64,000 bases of DNA from an uncultured Gammaproteobacteria bacterium (lineage in GTDB: Bacteria > Patescibacteriota > Microgenomatia > Daviesbacterales > UBA10151). Shown here one piece after another: positions 58,267 to 64,000 of this stretch. Position 1 is the stretch's first letter, and every line of letters begins with the position of its first letter. A program made the position numbers and the translations under genes. The notes under the pieces are model-generated. The model worked only from the letters and a program-made list of their open reading frames with translations, was not told the origin of the DNA and did not search any database. The stretch spans positions 40,593 through 104,592 of the forward strand of contig CAYQAW010000001.1 in the NCBI GenBank assembly GCA_964415615.1. Direction: 5' to 3'.

Positions 58267-60431
58267 TTCAATCCTACCTCAATTTTGATGTTTTTTATCA
58301 AAAGAGGCAGACGCGATAAAGGTTTTGGCAAATTTGGAGTCAAACTGATTTCAGAACTTAAAATATTATCCATACCTTTTAATATGTCCGTAACCTGATC
58401 CGGAGTCTTAAATTTAATTTGATTTTTAATCTTATCTGTATCAATCTTAGGTATAAACTTTGCTTTGAATTTTGCTAAAAATATTAATTTCCCATCCTTC
58501 TCTAGTTTAGAAATATCTGCTTGTGTCTCAGTTGCTGAAAGGTCAAGCGTAAAACCATCAGGTACTTGCAAATTAACTAGCTTTGAAACAATAGTTCGCA
58601 GATCAGTGTCATCAAAAGCTGTTCCTTTATAATCTACAGCTAGATTAAGAGAAAACTCACTTGCCTGGTCATTAATATTTTTGCTGTAACTCTTTCTAGT
58701 AATACTCTCTAATAAAGCCTCCTCCAGAATTTTTTTGTTAGGATATTTATCCTGTAATTTTTGCTGTGCTTGTTGTCTTAAGTCAGAAGATAATTTAGCA
58801 AGAAGTTTTTGCTGATCTTCGCTTGATACAACAGTAACATCTTTCGAGGTGCCTCCAGAAAAATTACCCTGGGTCTTACCAACAAACTGATCAGCTGTAA
58901 ATTTACCAATTGTTAATTTAGTCTCAGAGGGAATATTACCGTCAGCTCCAATCGCAACTGCAGTTGCTTGCGCTGTCACTGTACTCTTTGAAGCAGAGTC
59001 TGAAAGTGTTGCTGAAACAGAAGCAGTATTATCTAATTTGAACTTAATACCCCCTGAAGAGATCAATGTTGTCCCTGCTGAAAAATTTTGCCCTTGGGCA
59101 GTATTGTTGATAATTACTACTGTTCCTTTAGCAGGATCACCAATTTGTCTTTTGCCAGAAGCTGTATCTTTTGCCGATCCTGATACTTCTATCTCTACCA
59201 TCTGTCCCGGGATTATCTTATTATTCTCATCCACCGTCTTTTGACCCGGATCTGCCACCACCTGGGCATCTTTTTCTATAATCTTTGGCTCAACAAATAT
59301 TTTGATATCTGCTTTAACCAGTAAAAAATAGGCGATTGCAAATAAAACAACTACACCAAACACAACAATTGGAATTAGTTTTCTAAAACTAAATTTTGGT
59401 TTCAGTTTTTTTTCATTAGCAACTGGTTGCCCCAAATCCCTTTCAAAATCATCAATTTCTAAAGGAGGCTGCTGGAAAGATGCAATGTTTGATTCTTCTG
59501 GTATAACCTCATCTTCAGAAACTTCATCTTTCTCTACATCGCCAACTACAAATCCAAAATTATCTTCTGTTTCTAGCACTTGTTCCTTTGGGGTATCTTT
59601 TTCTACTTCCGTTTCCTCTATGGCTACTTTCTCTATATGTTTTTCTACTTCGTGGTCCGAATATGAAATATTTCCATTTATTTCTGACCCCCCAGCCAAA
59701 CAAATACTTTTAATTTCCAAATCCTGACCTAATTCATCTATTTTAGGAAGATGCAAAAAAGAGAGTTTTGACATCCAGGCAAAGGATGATAGTTGGCTTT
59801 TTAATCCGCCAGTCCCGATTGAATCGGGGCCAGCTGACGGACCATAGATTAAAATCTTAGAAGGCAAAGTCTCAATATCTGTAAAAGTAAGCAAAGCTTT
59901 CTCAATGTCTGTTCCAGAACTTTCGCCTCTTTTGATTACTTTTACCCCGTCCAATTTACCAGCCCTTACTATTGTCACTGTCAAGTGTAGTTTTTGAAAA
60001 CCTACTAATATTGCAGTTGTGGGAATACCATCTTGTTTTTCTAAAAAGTGAATTAATGCATTACTAGTTGACACATAAGCCATCGGAGTAAGCTCTAATT
60101 CTTTAACAAAACTACGCAGTATTTTTAAATATTCATCTTTTAGGCTATCATCGGATAACCAGGAAGCAGGCACCCCAAAAAGAATTTTTTGAGGCTCAAT
60201 CTCTTTTAACCCCAAGACCTGATCAAGTAATTTATCAGACACAGCAATAATCTCATCATTTGATGAGTAGGCCTCGGAAGCTGTACTCAAAATCTTAAGC
60301 TGTCTGCCTTCAACAGTCCACAGAGCTGCTGTTAAACTGTCTGTTCCAATGTTAATGGCAAAAAAATATTCTAACTCTTGCGCCTTTTTTCCAAACGGCA
60401 AAAAGGCAGTCACTTTGTCAAGGAAACTCAT
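58263..60431 (-). CDS. CPR single-pass membrane protein: actin/FtsA-like N-terminus and baseplate-J-like C-terminal region
   Basis: Cytoplasmic N-domain, acidic linker, TM, then AKGTVVIIN...GADGNIP...FSGG..KDVTVVS; domain names are inferred. Confidence 0.6.
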   Translation of the reverse strand: MSFLDKVTAFLPFGKKAQELEYFFAINIGTDSLTAALWTVEGRQLKILSTASEAYSSNDEIIAVSDKLLDQVLGLKEIEPQKILFGVPASWLSDDSLKDEYLKILRSFVKELELTPMAYVSTSNALIHFLEKQDGIPTTAILVGFQKLHLTVTIVRAGKLDGVKVIKRGESSGTDIEKALLTFTDIETLPSKILIYGPSAGPDSIGTGGLKSQLSSFAWMSKLSFLHLPKIDELGQDLEIKSICLAGGSEINGNISYSDHEVEKHIEKVAIEETEVEKDTPKEQVLETEDNFGFVVGDVEKDEVSEDEVIPEESNIASFQQPPLEIDDFERDLGQPVANEKKLKPKFSFRKLIPIVVFGVVVLFAIAYFLLVKADIKIFVEPKIIEKDAQVVADPGQKTVDENNKIIPGQMVEIEVSGSAKDTASGKRQIGDPAKGTVVIINNTAQGQNFSAGTTLISSGGIKFKLDNTASVSATLSDSASKSTVTAQATAVAIGADGNIPSETKLTIGKFTADQFVGKTQGNFSGGTSKDVTVVSSEDQQKLLAKLSSDLRQQAQQKLQDKYPNKKILEEALLESITRKSYSKNINDQASEFSLNLAVDYKGTAFDDTDLRTIVSKLVNLQVPDGFTLDLSATETQADISKLEKDGKLIFLAKFKAKFIPKIDTDKIKNQIKFKTPDQVTDILKGMDNILSSEISLTPNLPKPLSRLPLLIKNIKIEVGLK
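59806..59840. repeat. Nested palindromic element, copy 2 (in frame in the CDS)
   Basis: Minus strand CCGTCAGCTGG-CCCCGATTCAATCGGGA-CTGGCGG encodes PSAGPDSIGTGG. Confidence 0.85.
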
Positions 60432-60439
60432 ATGAGTTG

Positions 60440-62116
60440 TTATCGTACTACAATTTCCGCTCTAATTCTACGGATACCAGCAGAAACCGCTTCTTCTTTA
60501 GTAATTGTTATCCTATCAATCACGCCAGTATGCTCAACATGTGGTCCGCCACAAAACTCCAAAGAATAATATCCACCATCTCTTGGTCCTATTCCATAAA
60601 TACTTACCTCAATACCATATTTCTCATTAAACAAACCAATAGCGCCCATTTCTTTTGCTTCTTCTAAGGAGACTATTTTATGCTCAACTGTCAGATCTTC
60701 TTTTATTTTTTTATTAACAATATCTTCCACTTGTTTTATTTCTTCAGGGGTCATTTTTCTATCAAAGGAAAAATCAAATCTAAGTCTTTCAGCGGTGATA
60801 TTGGATCCTTTTTGGAAAACCTGTGGACCTAAAACATCCCTTAAAGCCTGATGCAATAGGTGAGTAGCTGTGTGATATTTGGTTACTATTTCAGAATGAT
60901 CTGCCAGCCCCCCTTTGAACATCCCAGCAGAAGCTGTTCTAGACAACTCCCTGTGTTTCTCAAATTCTAGTCTAAATTGCTCCTTGTTAATCTCTTGTCC
61001 TTTTTGTCTAAATAATTCTTCTGTTACCTCATAAGGAAAACCAAAAGTCTGATACAGGTCAAAAGCCTTTTTCCCATCAATAGCAGCAATTTTCTCAATC
61101 TCCCTAAACCCACGATCTAAAGTTTTACCAAACTTTCGCGTCTCATCTTGAACTTCCTTCACAGCAATAATTGAACCTAAAGCCACATTTTTATTAAGCA
61201 TCCGCAGTTTTACAGCCGATCTTCTTAATAACCTTCTTAAGGTATATCCTTGTAATTTGTTAGAGGGAATAACCCCGTCTGCTATCAAAGCAACCGAAGC
61301 CCTCATATGATCAGCGATGACTTGCATGGGTGCTTTATATTCTTCATAGCCTTTATCGGTCACTTCTTCTATGGTGTGAATAATTTCTGTATATAAATCT
61401 GTTTTAAAAATATCCTGCTGGTTTAATGTTGCAGCTGTTAATCTTTCTAAACCTCCACCAAAATCTACATTTTTTTGAGCCAATTCTTTTAAAGATCCGT
61501 CTTCCTGCTTTTGATATTGAATAAAAACAGAATTACCAATTTCCAATAAATTCCCGTTGTCAAATTTATAGAAGACTTCCGAATCTGGACCGCCAATTTC
61601 ACCAACCGGCATCTTATCTGGAAGGCCTGAACGGGACCACCAATTTTCATTGACCCCATTAAAGAAAATCTGATCCTCTGCTACCCCTAAACTCTTCCAT
61701 ATTTCATAAGATTCAGTGTCCTTTGGTACATCTTCACTGCCTTCAAATACAGATACATATAATTTCTCTTTGGGTAGTCCTAGTTCTTTTGTAAAGAATT
61801 CCCATATCCAGGGTAATTGCTCTTTTTTAAAATAATCTCCCAAAGACCAGTTGCCTAACATTTCAAAAAAAGTAGTATGTCTGCTGTCTCCCACTTCTTC
61901 AATATCTTCTGCCCTAAAAGAAGGTTGAGAATCAACTAATCTCTTACCAGCAGGGTGGGTTTGCCCTAAAAGATAGGGGACTAAAGGCTGCATCCCAGAG
62001 GAAGTAAAAAGGGTAGAAGGATCATTTTCCGGCACCAATTTAGCTGGAGCAATTTCCTTATGTCCGCGACTTACAAAAAACTTAATATATTTTTCTCTAA
62101 TATCTTTAGAAGTCAT
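60440..62116 (-). CDS. alaS: Alanine--tRNA ligase (shortened, no C-Ala domain)
   Basis: HTTFFEMLGNWS, HTATHLLH and EFCGGPHV editing motifs, GIRRI at the end. Confidence 0.95.
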   Translation of the reverse strand: MTSKDIREKYIKFFVSRGHKEIAPAKLVPENDPSTLFTSSGMQPLVPYLLGQTHPAGKRLVDSQPSFRAEDIEEVGDSRHTTFFEMLGNWSLGDYFKKEQLPWIWEFFTKELGLPKEKLYVSVFEGSEDVPKDTESYEIWKSLGVAEDQIFFNGVNENWWSRSGLPDKMPVGEIGGPDSEVFYKFDNGNLLEIGNSVFIQYQKQEDGSLKELAQKNVDFGGGLERLTAATLNQQDIFKTDLYTEIIHTIEEVTDKGYEEYKAPMQVIADHMRASVALIADGVIPSNKLQGYTLRRLLRRSAVKLRMLNKNVALGSIIAVKEVQDETRKFGKTLDRGFREIEKIAAIDGKKAFDLYQTFGFPYEVTEELFRQKGQEINKEQFRLEFEKHRELSRTASAGMFKGGLADHSEIVTKYHTATHLLHQALRDVLGPQVFQKGSNITAERLRFDFSFDRKMTPEEIKQVEDIVNKKIKEDLTVEHKIVSLEEAKEMGAIGLFNEKYGIEVSIYGIGPRDGGYYSLEFCGGPHVEHTGVIDRITITKEEAVSAGIRRIRAEIVVR

Positions 62117-62147
62117 GAAGCTATTTTAACAGGAAAACTCTAGCTTG

Positions 62148-62876
62148 TCATTGCTCCTTAACACATTTACCCCCAGCATCAGGATAGCTACCATCCATCT
62201 GACATGTATATCCTTTAGGACATTGATTCTCTGGTAAATTAGCAGCTATTCCTCCACAAAACTTCCCTTCAGGACTTTCAACTTGATCTGTAAATTTAAA
62301 GGTGGAGAGAATCTGATCAAACTGTTCAAACTGCCCTGGATAAAGTTGTGGTGCAAAATATACAAAGGTGTAATTATATCTCCCCTTGTCTAGCGGTCCA
62401 ATGGAAAAGAAATTCTTGTCGAAGGTAGTTTTCTTTACTTTTTGATTCAGCATTATTATCGATTCCTCTGTAATATTTTTAAAAGTATAATTTGAGACAA
62501 AATCAGTAGTTTTTAGATCAAGATTTATAGAGTTATCATATGAGTAGATATAAAACAGAGTTGGCTTACTTGTATAATTCTCTGCCCACATATCAATATT
62601 AATTGTTTTCCCATCTTTATTAGTAGTTTTATTTTTATGACTAAAAGTCACCGGATATTTAATTGTAAAGTTATATTTTTGATCAGCATGTGTCTTCCAA
62701 TTAGCAAATTCCGTAGAAACAAAGGATTCAGGATTAGAGCTTGGAGTAGGTATTGATTGAGTTACTTGTTGAGGTGCAGCAACTGGTTTGATTTGCTTTT
62801 GATAAGTTAAATATCCACCAATTCCTAAGGCTATTAATAAAACTATTAATATTGGAGCTAAGCCTTTTTGCTTCAT
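62148..62876 (-). CDS. Surface protein with pilin-like leader and FDQILSTFKF motif
   Basis: MKQKG|LAPILIVLL leader, WKT..KYP, FDQILSTFKF, Cys-rich tail CGG...CPKGYTC...GKC. Confidence 0.75.
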   Translation of the reverse strand: MKQKGLAPILIVLLIALGIGGYLTYQKQIKPVAAPQQVTQSIPTPSSNPESFVSTEFANWKTHADQKYNFTIKYPVTFSHKNKTTNKDGKTINIDMWAENYTSKPTLFYIYSYDNSINLDLKTTDFVSNYTFKNITEESIIMLNQKVKKTTFDKNFFSIGPLDKGRYNYTFVYFAPQLYPGQFEQFDQILSTFKFTDQVESPEGKFCGGIAANLPENQCPKGYTCQMDGSYPDAGGKCVKEQ

Positions 62877-63166
62877 TTAAGAACTTTTTTATAAAACCTC
62901 TTCTGCTTGGGTTTAAGGATATTTCTTAGTACTGCAACTGCCCCTGTGGCAACTTGCACCTCAGCACTGGTTACTAAATTACTGGCTGTTTGGACTGGTC
63001 TTTCAATATCCTGGGCAATATTTTCACCTGTTTGTAAAATAGTATTGAATTTATCTAAACCTTTCTTTAAATCTCTTAATATAAAAAATACTTGAATACC
63101 AGTAATTGCTAGAAAAATTGACAGAAGTAAAATCAGAAAAATTAATGCCACTTGTAAAAAATCCAT
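62873..63166 (-). CDS. Hypothetical membrane protein
   Basis: N-terminal TM followed by coiled coil, basic C-terminus. Confidence 0.7.
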   Translation of the reverse strand: MDFLQVALIFLILLLSIFLAITGIQVFFILRDLKKGLDKFNTILQTGENIAQDIERPVQTASNLVTSAEVQVATGAVAVLRNILKPKQKRFYKKVLK

Positions 63167-63191
63167 AGAATTCAGTTTAACACAAAGAGCA

Positions 63192-63830
63192 TCATTTCTT
63201 CAAAAATACTGTTCTTTCAATCTTGGTCACTTTACCACTTTTGGTAGTTGCAGTAATAACTAAAGTATTCATATTGTCAGAAAGTTTAATCTCCTGGGAA
63301 AACTTACCAGATGGATCTACTCCAATTTCCTGATCATTAATAGCCAACTTTGCCTCAGGATCAGTCCTGCCAACAACCTGAACCGCAACAGAATTAGTAC
63401 TTAGCTGATTACTTGGTTGATCAACTTCCAAAAATGGCCCCCCTACCAAAAAACGGTACTCAAACCAAAGATAAACAAAAAAGATAATAATCAGACCCAA
63501 AACTATGCTTCCCAATACCCTGCCAGGAGTTAGTCTAAATTTTTTATCATCAACTGGATGACTAAAGGTTTCTAAAACTCTGGGTGGATGCGCCCTGTCA
63601 GAAAATTCTCTTCTAAAAATTGCCAAAAGCTTTTCTTGATCTAATTTTAAAAATTTACCATAATTTTTAATAAATCCTTGAATAAAAGTTGGGGGAGGCA
63701 ATTGTTGATATTGCCCAGCTTCTAAGGCTTCCAGTAACTCTTTACGGATTTTAGTAGCTTTTTCAATCTCCTCCAGGGTATAAAACTTTCTTTCTCTTTC
63801 TTCTTTTAATACTTGTCCAACTGTTCTCAT
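63192..63830 (-). CDS. RodZ-like HTH membrane protein with C-terminal Ig-like domain
   Basis: VGQVLKEER, TKIRKELLEALE, FIQGFIKNY; TM; beta-rich tail. Confidence 0.82.
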   Translation of the reverse strand: MRTVGQVLKEERERKFYTLEEIEKATKIRKELLEALEAGQYQQLPPPTFIQGFIKNYGKFLKLDQEKLLAIFRREFSDRAHPPRVLETFSHPVDDKKFRLTPGRVLGSIVLGLIIIFFVYLWFEYRFLVGGPFLEVDQPSNQLSTNSVAVQVVGRTDPEAKLAINDQEIGVDPSGKFSQEIKLSDNMNTLVITATTKSGKVTKIERTVFLKK

Positions 63831-63839
63831 GATTTTGTA

Positions 63840-64000
63840 TTATACTCTGTAAACACCCTCTCTTAATACTATGTGTGTACCATCTTTAAAAAGCTGCACA
63901 ATTGTTGAGGGCCTTGACTTCAATTTCCCTCCATCCACATAAAAATCAATTGTATTACCAAAGTATTTTTTGGCCTGATTGATACTCTCAGCAACTTTTT
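63840..64000 (-). CDS. 3' end of L-threonylcarbamoyladenylate synthase (TsaC/Sua5 family), partial
   Basis: AKKYFGNTIDFYVDGG...PSTIV...VLREG. Confidence 0.75.
   Translation of the reverse strand, partial: KVAESINQAKKYFGNTIDFYVDGGKLKSRPSTIVQLFKDGTHIVLREGVYRV

Noticed and set aside
834-63095. Numerous short ORFs opposite or out of frame within core genes (e.g. 834-1088, 27099-27605, 40985-41452, 48764-49090)
   Set aside because: Shadow frames of well-supported genes, without motifs or initiation signals.

Overview
Low-GC core-genome segment of a Patescibacteria (CPR) bacterium, most likely Microgenomates (inferred from gene content: no rpmD/L30 between rpsE and rplO, compact RNase P RNA, shortened AlaRS, typical CPR hypothetical proteins). 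Almost all genes are on the minus strand. It carries rpoB-rpoC, the str, S10, spc and alpha ribosomal clusters, rplM-rpsI, recA/recX, rny, metK with a SAM-I-like riboswitch, miaA, secD, alaS, mltG, rnpB, tRNA-Pro(GGG), four GT-C glycosyltransferases and three toxin-antitoxin pairs. The most unusual signal is a family of 7-nt-period repeat arrays whose unit sequence differs from site to site. They form inverted-repeat elements across four ribosomal-protein gene junctions, encode micro-ORFs at two other junctions, and sit in frame inside housekeeping genes, together with short GC-rich palindromes that also insert in frame. The str/S10 region is broken up by accessory genes: a TA cassette bounded by palindromic direct repeats, a GreA N-terminal-domain-only gene, a sigma-region-4-only gene and a PUR-like gene. 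All calls come from reading the sequence; no searches were run.
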